Origin: Bacteroidota bacterium
GTDB taxonomy: Bacteria > Bacteroidota > Bacteroidia > Bacteroidales > VadinHA17
NCBI GenBank assembly: GCA_018262715.1
Contig: JADFDS010000021.1
Span: 112,010-176,009, forward strand
Reading direction: 5' to 3'
Length of the DNA: 64,000 nt
The stretch's first letter is position 1. Each line of letters begins with the position of its first letter. The position numbers and the translations under genes are program-made. This document shows, one piece after another, positions 41,681-52,148 of the stretch. The notes under the pieces are model-generated. The model had not been told where the DNA came from and ran no database searches. It saw only the letters and a list, made by a program, of their open reading frames with translations.

Positions 41681-41703
41681 TTACCTGTGTGGATGATCTT
41701 CTT

Positions 41704-43512
41704 CTATTCTGATCCCTGTGCCTTCATCTTCGCCCGCTTGCGGTCATTCTCATCAAGCATGATCTTCCGCAGCCGCATTGATTTGGGAGTGATCTCGATA
41801 TACTCGTCAGCAGCGATATATTCCATGGCCTCCTCAAGCGAGAACCGCACCGGCGGAGTAAGAATCGCTTTGTCATCCGAGCCTGATGCCCTCATATTGG
41901 TCAGCTTCTTGGTCTTCGTGACATTCACCACTATGTCATCCTGCCGGGTGTTCTCCCCTATAACCTGTCCCATGTAGACATCCTCGCCGGGGTAGATGAA
42001 AAACCTGCCGCGGTCCTGTAATTTGTCAATGGCATAAGCAACAGCCATGCCTGTCTCCATAGCAATCAGCGAACCATTTCGCCTGACGGCCAACTCCCCT
42101 TTCCACGGTTCGAAAGCGTCAAAGCGGTGAGCCATAACTGCCTCTCCCTCGGTTACTGTCAGCACCTGGTTCCTCAGACCTATAATTCCCCGTGAGGGGA
42201 TCCGGAAATCAAGGTGCGCCCTGTCATTTCTCACCTCGATATTGGCTATCTCGCCCTTGCGCTGGGTTACCTGGTCAATTACCTTACCGGCGAACTCTTC
42301 CGGTACCTGTACCGTAAGCACCTCCACCGGTTCATGTTTCACCCCGCTGATTTCCTTGATAAGCACCCTCGGCTGGCCAACCTGCAGCTCAAATCCCTCG
42401 CGGCGCATAGTCTCAATAAGTATCGAGAGATGAAGAATACCGCGGCCGTAGACCATGAAGGTGTCAGCAGAATCTGTCTCCTCAACCCTCATTGCGAGAT
42501 TCTTTTCAGTCTCCCGGAAGAGCCTCTCCCTCAGTTGCCGCGATGTGACGAGCGTTCCTTCCCTGCCGAAAAACGGCGATGTATTGGAGGTGAAGAGCAT
42601 GCTCATGGTGGGCTCGTCAACCCTGAACCACGGAAGCGCTTCCGGGTTCTCGGAATCGGCAATGGTATCACCTATATCGAAATCCTCCATCCCGAAGATT
42701 GCACAGATCTCACCCGCCGGCACAGGCTTCTTGGTCTTCTCCTTTCCGAGGCCCTCAAAGAGATATACCTCCTTCACGGTATTCCGTGCAACTGACCCGT
42801 CACGCCTGATCAGCGAGACCTGGCTGCCCGGCACAAGGGTGCCGCGGCTCACCTTGCCGACAGCTATCCTGCCCTGGTATGATGAATAATCGAGTGATGA
42901 AATGCGCATCTGGAGTGTCCCTTCAGCTGTCCTGGGCGCCGGTATGTACCTGATGATGGTATCAAGCAGATAGCTGACATCGGTTGCCGGGACGGCCCAG
43001 TCAGGCCCCATCCATCCCTGCTTTGACGAGCCGAACACTGTCGGGAAATCAAGCTGATCCTCCGTTGCATTAAGGCTGTGCATCAGGTCGAAAACGCTCT
43101 CCTGCGTCTCTTCGGGTTTGCAGTTGGGCTTGTCAACCTTGTTGATGACCACTATCGGTTTCAGTCCCAGTTCCAGCGCCTTCTGCAGCACGAAGCGGGT
43201 CTGCGGCATCGGCCCCTCAAAGGCGTCAACAATCAGCAGCACCCCCTCAGCCATGTTCAGGACGCGTTCAACCTCACCACCGAAATCGGAGTGACCCGGC
43301 GTGTCGATGATATTTATCTTGATATCCTTGTATCTGACCGATACGTTCTTCGAAAGAATCGTAATCCCTCTCTCCCTCTCAAGGTCATTGCTGTCAAGTA
43401 TAAGCTCTCCCATGACCTGGTTGTCACGAAACAGCTTTACCTGATACAGAATGCGGTCTACCAGTGTGGTTTTGCCGTGGTCTACGTGAGCTATTACGGC
43501 AACATTTCTAAT
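41704..43512 (-). CDS. typA: Translational GTPase TypA/BipA; start codon non-canonical or uncertain
   Basis: The track ORF starts at ATG 43413 ([19 protein letters not shown]). The same open frame upstream encodes [26 protein letters not shown], which is the G1 P-loop. No ATG, GTG or TTG lies upstream in frame. ATT at 43512..43510 sits where homologues start. Confidence 0.85.
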   Translation of the reverse strand: MRNVAVIAHVDHGKTTLVDRILYQVKLFRDNQVMGELILDSNDLERERGITILSKNVSVRYKDIKINIIDTPGHSDFGGEVERVLNMAEGVLLIVDAFEGPMPQTRFVLQKALELGLKPIVVINKVDKPNCKPEETQESVFDLMHSLNATEDQLDFPTVFGSSKQGWMGPDWAVPATDVSYLLDTIIRYIPAPRTAEGTLQMRISSLDYSSYQGRIAVGKVSRGTLVPGSQVSLIRRDGSVARNTVKEVYLFEGLGKEKTKKPVPAGEICAIFGMEDFDIGDTIADSENPEALPWFRVDEPTMSMLFTSNTSPFFGREGTLVTSRQLRERLFRETEKNLAMRVEETDSADTFMVYGRGILHLSILIETMRREGFELQVGQPRVLIKEISGVKHEPVEVLTVQVPEEFAGKVIDQVTQRKGEIANIEVRNDRAHLDFRIPSRGIIGLRNQVLTVTEGEAVMAHRFDAFEPWKGELAVRRNGSLIAMETGMAVAYAIDKLQDRGRFFIYPGEDVYMGQVIGENTRQDDIVVNVTKTKKLTNMRASGSDDKAILTPPVRFSLEEAMEYIAADEYIEITPKSMRLRKIMLDENDRKRAKMKAQGSE

Positions 43513-43622
43513 CTCTTCCGTATGATTCCCTGTTTGGGCTGCAAAAGTAGAAAAAGAATTGTCACGTCCGCTGCCCGGGGAAATAACTTTTTTAGTTATA
43601 AGAGATAAAGCATCCTGAGGGG

Positions 43623-44369
43623 TCAGGGTTCATAAATCATTTTTCGGGTCATGCCGCCGTCTATGATGATGTTTTCACCATTGATGAATTCATTGTCATC
43701 GTCTGTAAGGAACAGGCATGCCCGGGCGATGTCCTCAGGCCTTCCGACCCTGCCGGAGAAGTGCTGGCTGTGGTCAGGTTCGCGCAGGGTGCTGTAGTCA
43801 CCCGTCTCTATCCAGCCCGGGCTGATGCAATTGACCCTGATGTGGCTGTGCGCCAGGGAGGCCGCCAGGGCGTGCGTCAGGGCCACAACTCCGCCCTTGG
43901 AGGCGGCATACGCTTCAGACCCGGCCTCTGACATGAAGGCACGCGTGGAGGCAATGTTGACAACCGAACCGCCACCATGCTCCTTCATGAAGCGGGCGGC
44001 CTCCCTGGCGCACAGAAACGCCCCCCGGAGATTGGTGTTGACCACGCTGTCCCACTCCTCAACGGTCAGGTCGAGGGGCGATTTCCATATCCCGAAGCCG
44101 GCATTGTTAATCACAATATCAATGACGCCGTATTTTTCAGCAGTCGCCCTGACCATCGCGGTGACCTGTCCGGGTACGCTTACATCTGTCATGATGAAGC
44201 TCACTTCACCCCCCTGTTCCCTTATGTACCTTACAGCATCTTCTCCGGTTACATTATTTCGTTCAGCAATCACCACCCTGGCCCCTACGGCTGCAAAAGC
44301 GGCAGCCACGCATCTGCCTATTCCGCTCCCTGCGCCTGTAACAATCACAACTTTTCCTGAATGTCCCAT
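43623..44369 (-). CDS. Short-chain dehydrogenase/reductase (SDR)
   Basis: VTGAGSGIG cofactor motif, NNAG, YAASKGG catalytic YxxxK. Confidence 0.85.
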   Translation of the reverse strand: MGHSGKVVIVTGAGSGIGRCVAAAFAAVGARVVIAERNNVTGEDAVRYIREQGGEVSFIMTDVSVPGQVTAMVRATAEKYGVIDIVINNAGFGIWKSPLDLTVEEWDSVVNTNLRGAFLCAREAARFMKEHGGGSVVNIASTRAFMSEAGSEAYAASKGGVVALTHALAASLAHSHIRVNCISPGWIETGDYSTLREPDHSQHFSGRVGRPEDIARACLFLTDDDNEFINGENIIIDGGMTRKMIYEP

Positions 44370-44631
44370 CTTTCAGACAATTATAAGTTTTACTGCCCCG
44401 ACTCTCCGGCTGCTCCCGGACCTGGAAATGAATCCGTTATCCGGGGCAATCATGCGAATTTAAAAATTTGCCGGGTTCTGCAATATAAGTGCACGGCGTA
44501 TCAGGGCCCCCGTAAACGAAGAATACCATTTTATGCTTATATGTCAGTCCTGAATTGTCCTCATATTTGCATTCATCGATAATAAGTGTTTAACCCTACC
44601 CTCAACAGGAGGAGAAAAAACTGTTCAAGGC

Positions 44632-45933
44632 ATGACTAAAAACAACAACACGCCCCTCTCCGGCAGGTTCAACATAGGGCAGGACTGGGCATCAGTGGTT
44701 ACAGGCTTTTTACTTATCCTTTTCGTGGTGATTACCGGCTATGCTATTGCCACCCCGTCGTTCGGAGGAAAGGTCGGATGGAACCGTGATCATGATTTCT
44801 CAGGCATGTTCGGAGCTTCGTCACTCTGGACCTCCGTTCTTTTTACCCTGGTGCTTTTTGCGGTTATAGCAATAATAGGGATCCTGCTGAGCGGCGAGAA
44901 GATCAGGAAGTATTTTACCGGTTTCATTGCCATTTTCCTGCTTGCCATCCTGGCGCAGTTTGTCTCGTCATATGCCGGTTTCAAGAATCTCGGACTGGAG
45001 ACAGTGCTCTTCTCCCTTGTCATAGGCCTTCTGATAGGTAACCTTATCAGGCTGCCGGAGTGGCTTCGGTCAGGAGTACAGACTGAACTTTACGTAAAGA
45101 TCGGGCTCGTACTGCTTGGTGCCACCATCCTGTTCAAGGATATCCTCTCGGCCGGAGCATTCGGGCTGATCCAGGCTGTGATAGTGGTGACGGTTGTGTG
45201 GTATTTTGCCTTCTGGCTGTCACGTAAAATGAAGGTTGACGATGAGTTCTCCACCATGCTCGCCAGCGCCGTCTCAATCTGCGGGGTATCGGCAGCCATT
45301 GCCACTGCAGGAGCCATCAACGGCGACAAGAAGAAACTCTCATTCATAATCTCGCTGGTACTCATCATTGCCATCCCGATGATGATTTTCCTGCCTGTCA
45401 TTGCCAGATGGATGGGACTCTCCGAGGTTGTCACAGGCGCCTGGCTGGGCGGTACGATAGACACCACCGGTGCCGTTGTTGCCGCAGGAACCATAGCAGG
45501 TGAGACGGGACTCAAGTATGCAACAATAGTAAAGTTCTCACAGAACGTTCTGCTGGGCCTGGCCGCATTTGCAATCTCCATTTTCTGGGCTTACAGAAGC
45601 AGGGGTGCCGGGGAAAAAGGACAGCACGTGCCGGCAAGAATCATCTGGGACCGTTTCCCGAAGTTTGTCCTCGGGTTTATCCTGGCTTCGCTGGTCTTCT
45701 CGTTCATCCTCAGCCCGGAGACAGCCCAGTCATCAGGTAAGGTTATCAAGTCATTCAGCACCTTCTGGTTCAACCTGGCGTTTATCAGCATCGGGCTGGA
45801 GACCAGGTTCGCGGATTTCAAACATATGGAAAGCAAGAAGCCATTCTACAGCTTCCTGATAGCCCAGACCTTCAACATATTCTTTACCCTGGGAGTCTCT
45901 TACCTGCTGTTCCAGCTGATAAGTCCTAAATAA
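44632..45933 (+). CDS. YeiH/UPF0324-family membrane protein (putative sulfate exporter family)
   Basis: Polytopic membrane protein. SICGVSAAIATAGAI and GGTIDTTGAVVAAG resemble PF03601 conserved blocks. Confidence 0.65.
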   Translation: MTKNNNTPLSGRFNIGQDWASVVTGFLLILFVVITGYAIATPSFGGKVGWNRDHDFSGMFGASSLWTSVLFTLVLFAVIAIIGILLSGEKIRKYFTGFIAIFLLAILAQFVSSYAGFKNLGLETVLFSLVIGLLIGNLIRLPEWLRSGVQTELYVKIGLVLLGATILFKDILSAGAFGLIQAVIVVTVVWYFAFWLSRKMKVDDEFSTMLASAVSICGVSAAIATAGAINGDKKKLSFIISLVLIIAIPMMIFLPVIARWMGLSEVVTGAWLGGTIDTTGAVVAAGTIAGETGLKYATIVKFSQNVLLGLAAFAISIFWAYRSRGAGEKGQHVPARIIWDRFPKFVLGFILASLVFSFILSPETAQSSGKVIKSFSTFWFNLAFISIGLETRFADFKHMESKKPFYSFLIAQTFNIFFTLGVSYLLFQLISPK

Positions 45934-45934
45934 A

Positions 45935-46519
45935 ATGAATAAAGGAAGAATCGTCATCTTTTCGCTGCTTACCAGCGCTGTGATGACATTAACCTCCTGC
46001 GGTGGAAAGGAACAGGTGGTTATCCATACTGAGCTTGGCGAGATCCACGTTGCTCTTGATCTGGAGAATGCTCCGGTCACTTCCGCCAATTTCCTCAGGT
46101 ATGTTGATGCCGGCCTGTTTGACAGTGCATGCTTTTACAGGGTTGTGCGGCCTGACAACCAGCCGAAGGATTCAATACGCATAGCAGTGATCCAGGGCGG
46201 GCGATACGAGGAGGAAGAAACCGGCGGGTTTCCTCCCATAGCCCATGAAACAACGGAGATGACCAGGATCAGGCACCTCAGCGGTGCAATTTCAATGGCG
46301 AGGTGGACTCCCGGAACGGCCACATCGGAGTTCTTCATCTGCGTGGGTGACCAGCCTGAACTCGATTACGGAGGTAAAAGAAATCCTGACGGTCAGGGTT
46401 TTGCCTCATTCGGCCAGGTGACGAAGGGAATGGATGTAGTCATGAAGATTCACAGCATTGAGGCCCCTTCCCAGTACCTCGACAAACCGGTGCTGATATA
46501 CAGCATCAGGCGCAAATAA
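45935..46519 (+). CDS. Cyclophilin-type peptidyl-prolyl isomerase, lipoprotein
   Basis: LTSCGG lipobox. FYRVV..., IQGG, SEFFICVGDQPELD. Confidence 0.85.
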   Translation: MNKGRIVIFSLLTSAVMTLTSCGGKEQVVIHTELGEIHVALDLENAPVTSANFLRYVDAGLFDSACFYRVVRPDNQPKDSIRIAVIQGGRYEEEETGGFPPIAHETTEMTRIRHLSGAISMARWTPGTATSEFFICVGDQPELDYGGKRNPDGQGFASFGQVTKGMDVVMKIHSIEAPSQYLDKPVLIYSIRRK

Positions 46520-46538
46520 CCGTGCCGGAGTACCGGAT

Positions 46539-47207
46539 TCATAGATCCATTGTCACCGCCTTCAGGTCAATGCCCAGTCCGGCCAGCATCCCGGTCATTG
46601 ACTTCATCATATCCGGCGGTCCGCACAGGTAAAACTGAACGCTGAGATCATCGGCATGTTTCTTAAGCAACTCCCCCGAGATGTGTCCGCTGAAATAACC
46701 ATCAGCCTCCTCCCTTGACAGGATATTGATAAAGTCATCCCCCAGCATCCCCCGCAGTTCCTCTTCAAGAATTATATCACCACGGGTCTTGTTTGCGTAA
46801 AACAGCCGGTTCCCGGCCAGCTCATTCCTTGCATGCAAATCCCTGAATATGGCGAGAAACGGCGTTATCCCGGCACCGCCGGCAATGAAAATCCCCCTCC
46901 CCTTATAGTTGATTGCACCCCATGGAATGCCAATGACCAGTTCATCACCGGGCACGAGCCTGTCAAGCTCCTTAGTCAAACCGTCATGCTCAGGGTATAA
47001 CTTTATTGTAAACTCAAGGAAGGGATCCTGATTCAGCCCGGTAAAAGTGAATGACCTCCTTTTTTTCCTCAGTTCCGGTGAATTTATGGCTACCCCCGTT
47101 GCCTGGCCGGGAGTGAAAGTGTAGCCGGCCGGTTTCTCAACACGAAACCTTTTCACATCATGAGTTAACCGTTCAATATGCTGAATTTTAACAATATATT
47201 CTGTCAT
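46539..47207 (-). CDS. Ferredoxin-NADP reductase-like FAD/NAD(P)-binding oxidoreductase
   Basis: RSFTFTG (RxYS-like FAD motif), IAGGAGITP (NAD motif), YLCGPPDMM. Confidence 0.7.
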   Translation of the reverse strand: MTEYIVKIQHIERLTHDVKRFRVEKPAGYTFTPGQATGVAINSPELRKKRRSFTFTGLNQDPFLEFTIKLYPEHDGLTKELDRLVPGDELVIGIPWGAINYKGRGIFIAGGAGITPFLAIFRDLHARNELAGNRLFYANKTRGDIILEEELRGMLGDDFINILSREEADGYFSGHISGELLKKHADDLSVQFYLCGPPDMMKSMTGMLAGLGIDLKAVTMDL

Positions 47208-47320
47208 CTGATTCTTTTATCTGCCCTACTAACACGTAACCGTGTGATTTGTTTGACAGGTTTACCGCGCCTCATACCTGGCTTCAGACAAAAATAATTG
47301 ACTTTGGCCATCCGGGGACG

Positions 47321-47328
47321 TAACTTTG
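47321..47328 (+). promoter_or_regulatory. -7 box (TAACTTTG) for the acyl-CoA ligase gene
   Basis: Perfect TAnnTTTG 35 nt upstream of ATG 47363. Confidence 0.4.
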
Positions 47329-47362
47329 AGAGAGCAGTATAATTAACTAAAGATCAGCAGGG

Positions 47363-49276
47363 ATGAAAACAATCGTCGAGCTACTTGAAAACAGTGCCGG
47401 GAAGTATGCGAATAACCCTTACCTCCTGGAAAAGAAAAGTGACCATTATGAGTCTATCTCGTACACGCAGACAAGGGACCTGGCTTATGTAACAGCTGCA
47501 GGTCTGATTGCCATGGGTCTCCAAAAGGGTGACCGCGTTGCCCTCCTCTCCGAGTCACGCACTGACTGGGTGCTCAGCGAGCTCGGGATCCTGCATGCAG
47601 GCGCAATATGCGTACCGCTTTCCATCTTGTTGAAGGAAGGCGCCGACCTGAAATTCAGGATAGACCACTCCGGTTCGCGCTGGATTATTGTCTCTGCCCT
47701 CCAGTATGAAAAGATAAAGGTAATCCGGAAGGATCTGGCCAATCTTGAAAAGATCATTCTCCTTGATCAGAGGGAAACCTATGACGAGGATGAAATATTC
47801 ATGGGAAGAATCAGAAACTCAGGCGGGGAATACCTGAAGGACAATCATGAAAAGTTCATGGAGAGGGTGAATTCCGTCGGGCCTGATGACTATGCAAACA
47901 TCAGTTACACCTCCGGAACCACAGCGGATCCGAAGGCAATTATCCTCTCGCACAGGAATTATACTGCCAATATAGAACAGACCCTTACCCTCATGGACGT
48001 TCCTGAATGGTGGACCACACTTCTCATTCTTCCCTGGGATCATTCATTTGCTCATACTGTGGGGATTTACATCATGATGGCAACCGGCGCAAGCCTGGCA
48101 GCAGTCCAGTCAGGAAAATCGTATCTTGATTCAATAAAAAACATACCGGCGAATATCAGGGAAATCAGGCCGGTTTTTCTGCTGAGCGCCCCGGCCCTGG
48201 CCAAAAACTTCCGGAAAGGAATCGAAAAAAGCATCAAGGAGAAAGGACCTGTGATCGAAAAACTGTTCAGGCATGCACTTAAGATTGCATATAAATACAA
48301 CGGGATTGGATGGGACAAGGGGAAAGGATTCCGGATTTTCCTTAAGCCCCTGTACATGCTCTGTGACCTGATCCTTTTCAAAAAGATAAGGGCCGGATTC
48401 GGCGGCCGGCTGAAATTCTTTTTCGGCGGAGCCGCTCTGCTGGATATTGAGCTTCAGAAATTCTTCTCAGCCATCGGGATTCCAATGCTACAGGGCTACG
48501 GTCTCTCCGAAGCAGCCCCGGTTATTTCCGGGAATGTGGAAAAACGTTACAAACTGGGATCATCCGGCTATGTGGTCAAAAACCTGGATCTTAAGATCTG
48601 TGATGAGGACGGGAAGGAACTTCCGGCCGGCCAGAAGGGAGAGATTGTTATCCGGGGTGAAAATGTAATGAAAGGTTACTGGAAGAATGAAAGAGCCACC
48701 CGGGAGGCAATCCGTGACGGCTGGCTTTTCACCGGAGATATGGGATATCTGGATAAAGACAGGTTTCTGTATGTTCTCGGGAGATTTAAAAGCCTTCTCA
48801 TATCAGACGACGGGGAAAAATACAGCCCTGAGGGTATTGAGGAAACCATAACCGACAGGTCACCTTTCATTGATCAGCTGATGCTCTTCAATAACCAGAA
48901 CAAGTTTACCACGGCCCTCCTGGTTCCTAACGGAGAGGCACTGGCCAGATGGGCGAAAAACAAAAACATAGACATTTCCGGCCCACAGGGGCCCGAAGCA
49001 GTTCTGAACGAGCTGGATTCAGTCATAGGCCAGTACAGGACAGGAGGCCAGTATGACGACCTGTTCCCGCCAAGATGGCTGCCTTCGGCAGTGGGTGTCC
49101 TTGCTGAATCTTTCAATGCCGATAATAAACTCCTGAACAGTCTCGGGAAAATGGTGAGAGCAAAGATAGTGGAGAGATACCATGACAGGATTGATTCCCT
49201 GTATTCAGCTGAGGCCAGAAATATTGTAAATCCTGAAAACCTGGCTGCCATAAAGAAGGTCCTTGGGATCAGGTGA
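47363..49276 (+). CDS. Long-chain acyl-CoA synthetase (AMP-binding family)
   Basis: SYTSGTTADPKA (AMP motif I), GYGLSEAAP, TGDMGYLDKDRFLYVLGRFK. Confidence 0.85.
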   Translation: MKTIVELLENSAGKYANNPYLLEKKSDHYESISYTQTRDLAYVTAAGLIAMGLQKGDRVALLSESRTDWVLSELGILHAGAICVPLSILLKEGADLKFRIDHSGSRWIIVSALQYEKIKVIRKDLANLEKIILLDQRETYDEDEIFMGRIRNSGGEYLKDNHEKFMERVNSVGPDDYANISYTSGTTADPKAIILSHRNYTANIEQTLTLMDVPEWWTTLLILPWDHSFAHTVGIYIMMATGASLAAVQSGKSYLDSIKNIPANIREIRPVFLLSAPALAKNFRKGIEKSIKEKGPVIEKLFRHALKIAYKYNGIGWDKGKGFRIFLKPLYMLCDLILFKKIRAGFGGRLKFFFGGAALLDIELQKFFSAIGIPMLQGYGLSEAAPVISGNVEKRYKLGSSGYVVKNLDLKICDEDGKELPAGQKGEIVIRGENVMKGYWKNERATREAIRDGWLFTGDMGYLDKDRFLYVLGRFKSLLISDDGEKYSPEGIEETITDRSPFIDQLMLFNNQNKFTTALLVPNGEALARWAKNKNIDISGPQGPEAVLNELDSVIGQYRTGGQYDDLFPPRWLPSAVGVLAESFNADNKLLNSLGKMVRAKIVERYHDRIDSLYSAEARNIVNPENLAAIKKVLGIR

Positions 49277-49344
49277 AACCGGCAGCCAGAAAATGTATCA
49301 CCTTTTTTATGTAAATTGTTCCTGGCTAATTCAATAATCCTGAG

Positions 49345-50757
49345 ATGAAAAAAGCGGTACATATACTGATATTGGGTGCGACAGTTACGGCAGCCGTCTG
49401 GTTCCTGGTCGCCGGGAAAAAGAGTAATTCTTCAGCGGAAGATTCTGCTGCTGCGAATTACATGAAATACTGCTCCGGGTGCCACGGAGCAAAGCTCGAG
49501 AAATTTGCTGCAAAGCAATGGATGGATGAAGAGGGGATCACCCCGGTATTCAACAGCATAAAATTCGGCCTTGAAGACCTTGGAATGCCTGCTTTCGAAA
49601 AAACCTTTACCGACAGTGAGATTGAATCACTGGCTGCCTACGTCAAAAAAGGCATCCCGGCTGACAGGTCGATCCTCGAAGCTGCACTCACCACTGACGC
49701 CCTGATAGAATCAGAAGTTCAGAAATTCACGGTTGACACGGTGGTAAGCGGACTGAATGTTCCGTGGGGAATGGCCTTCCTCCCCAACGGTGACATGCTC
49801 ATCTCAGAGCGCTCCGGCTCGCTGTATATCTTCTCAGGAGGAAAGCTTTCTGATCCCGTGGAAGGGGTTCCACGGGTTATGGCCATCGGCCAGGGTGGCC
49901 TGCTGGATATCTGCCTCCACCCTGATTATGACAGGAACGGATGGATCTATTTTTCATATTCATACCTGATTGACGGTAAGGGCAAGCCAACCGGCAATAC
50001 GGCCATCATGAGGGCACGCCTGAAAGACAACAGTCTCACTGACCAGGATATTATCTTCATGGGTGAACCGGCCACTGACCGCAATTATCATTTCGGATCC
50101 AAAATTGCCTTTGACGGCAAAGGGCATATCTTCTTCGGCATCGGCGACCGTGGCCAGCATTTTGATTTCCCCCAGAAGCTTGACAATCATAACGGCAAGA
50201 TCCACAGGCTGAATGACGACGGGTCAATACCGGCTGATAATCCGTTTGTCAATACACCTGGCGCCATGACCTCTGTTTACAGTTACGGCCACCGCAATCC
50301 ACAGGGCACATGCATTGATCCCGTTACCGGTGAGCTCTGGGTATCAGAGCACGGACCACGCGGAGGTGATGAACTGAACCTGATCAGGCCTGGAGTAAAC
50401 TACGGCTGGCCGGTCATCTCGTACGGCATAAACTATGACGGGACCGTCCTTACAAACCTCACCGGGAAAGAGGGCATGGAACAACCGGTTTTCTACTGGA
50501 CACCATCGATAGGCCCATGCGGCATGACTTTCGTGACCGGAGACAGGTACCCGGACTGGAAAAACAACATCCTGCTGGGTTCTCTGCCACTGAAGCACCT
50601 TGAAAGGGTGGTTATGAAAGACAACGCGGTGATCCACCGCGAGCAACTCCTGACAGGAATCGGCCGCGTAAGGAACGTTGTCATGGGTCATGACGGCTAT
50701 ATCTACCTGGCCATAGAAACTCCGGGAAAAATCCTCAGGCTGATGCCGGTGAAATAA
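49345..50757 (+). CDS. Cytochrome c domain fused to PQQ-dependent (soluble) sugar dehydrogenase
   Basis: CSGCHG haem c site near the N-terminus. Beta-propeller sGDH-like blocks (PWGMAFLPNGDMLISER, GQGGLLDI, HRNPQG). Confidence 0.8.
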   Translation: MKKAVHILILGATVTAAVWFLVAGKKSNSSAEDSAAANYMKYCSGCHGAKLEKFAAKQWMDEEGITPVFNSIKFGLEDLGMPAFEKTFTDSEIESLAAYVKKGIPADRSILEAALTTDALIESEVQKFTVDTVVSGLNVPWGMAFLPNGDMLISERSGSLYIFSGGKLSDPVEGVPRVMAIGQGGLLDICLHPDYDRNGWIYFSYSYLIDGKGKPTGNTAIMRARLKDNSLTDQDIIFMGEPATDRNYHFGSKIAFDGKGHIFFGIGDRGQHFDFPQKLDNHNGKIHRLNDDGSIPADNPFVNTPGAMTSVYSYGHRNPQGTCIDPVTGELWVSEHGPRGGDELNLIRPGVNYGWPVISYGINYDGTVLTNLTGKEGMEQPVFYWTPSIGPCGMTFVTGDRYPDWKNNILLGSLPLKHLERVVMKDNAVIHREQLLTGIGRVRNVVMGHDGYIYLAIETPGKILRLMPVK

Positions 50758-50824
50758 GGCTACATTTCATGCAGCAGTTTTGCTAAAACCTTGTTTTTTT
50801 AGTAGAATACAAAGCATTGAAGCC

Positions 50825-52054
50825 ATGAAAAAGAGTTATGGTAAAACCGGCCTCCTTTATGCGATTCTTATGGTACTGACGATTTCAGTTACCACCACCT
50901 CCGAATCCTGGTCACAGAATTCCGCTGAACCGGCTAACCCGGCCCTCGACACCTTTTTTATCAAACTTATGGATAAATACAAGTTCGTCGGGGTTGGCGC
51001 CTGCCTGATAAAAGATGACCGTATCATCTGGAGAGGCAACTACGGATATGCAAACATGGAGACCGGGAAAATGATAAATAATGAAAGTATCTTTCAGCTC
51101 TCTTCCCTGTCCAAGACGATAACTGCATTTGCCCTGCTGAAGCTTTACGAGGAGGGAAAGATAGATCTCGATGAGGGCATTGACAGGTACCTGCAGTTCA
51201 AATTCAGAAACCCCTACTTCCCTGATAAGGAAATCACCTTCAGGATGCTGCTGAATCATCTCTCGGGCCTGGCTGAGGTGACATCAACCGGGCAGATTGT
51301 ACCGTCAAAGGTAGGCAGACCAAAAAGCTCAAGGGGCGATTCAGATATGACCCTCGAGGAATATATCACACAACTGCTTATCCCCGGTGGCCAATACTAT
51401 TCTGAAGAGTATTTCAAAAACACCGAACCGGGAACAGCATACAGCTACTCAAATATAGGATACTCGCTGCTGGGTTACCTTGTCCAGAGAATCTCAGGGA
51501 TGGATTTTGCAGAATTCTGCCGGGAGAATATCTTCAACCCACTCGGTTTGCATGACACCGGCTGGCACCTCCGCGACCTCGACACCAGCAGGGTGATATT
51601 CAGCTACAGCTTCTCACCGGATGATATAGTCCCCGTTTACCGAAAAACTTACCATTTTGGTGAGCCGGGCTATCCCGCAGGAATGGTGAGAACCACCATG
51701 GATGATTTTTCCCGGTTCCTGATCATGATTATGAATAATGGCAGGCATGGCGATGTTCAGCTGCTGAAACCCTCGACAATTGATCTGATGCTGAGTCCCC
51801 AGAATATTCCGAACATGACATCGCGTTCATTCAGGCTGATTGACAAGAGCCTCTGCTGGCTGATGATCGAAACCAATGGGTCACAATACTATGAAATGAA
51901 CGGCTTCTCGGGAAGCATATTCACCGATGCACTGTATTCCGTAGAAAAAGGGACCGGCATGATTTATTACTTCTCCGGAATCAACATGAAAAACATGATG
52001 GCGGTCCCGGAGATTGTCAACACTCTTGACAAAGTCCTGGAACAAGCCAATTAA
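50825..52054 (+). CDS. Serine hydrolase (class C beta-lactamase/PBP-like family)
   Basis: The internal ATG gives the signal peptide MKKSYGKTGLLYAILMVL. SxxK motif FQLSSLSKTITAF. YSN motif (YSYSNIGY). Confidence 0.8.
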   Translation: MKKSYGKTGLLYAILMVLTISVTTTSESWSQNSAEPANPALDTFFIKLMDKYKFVGVGACLIKDDRIIWRGNYGYANMETGKMINNESIFQLSSLSKTITAFALLKLYEEGKIDLDEGIDRYLQFKFRNPYFPDKEITFRMLLNHLSGLAEVTSTGQIVPSKVGRPKSSRGDSDMTLEEYITQLLIPGGQYYSEEYFKNTEPGTAYSYSNIGYSLLGYLVQRISGMDFAEFCRENIFNPLGLHDTGWHLRDLDTSRVIFSYSFSPDDIVPVYRKTYHFGEPGYPAGMVRTTMDDFSRFLIMIMNNGRHGDVQLLKPSTIDLMLSPQNIPNMTSRSFRLIDKSLCWLMIETNGSQYYEMNGFSGSIFTDALYSVEKGTGMIYYFSGINMKNMMAVPEIVNTLDKVLEQAN

Positions 52055-52148
52055 GAAGCAACCAATGCAATCGGGGTGACCCGAAAACATCCCTGAACCA
52101 TTGGATTCTTTCGGTAAATCTCTAATTTAGAGGCGTCGAATACCGGAA

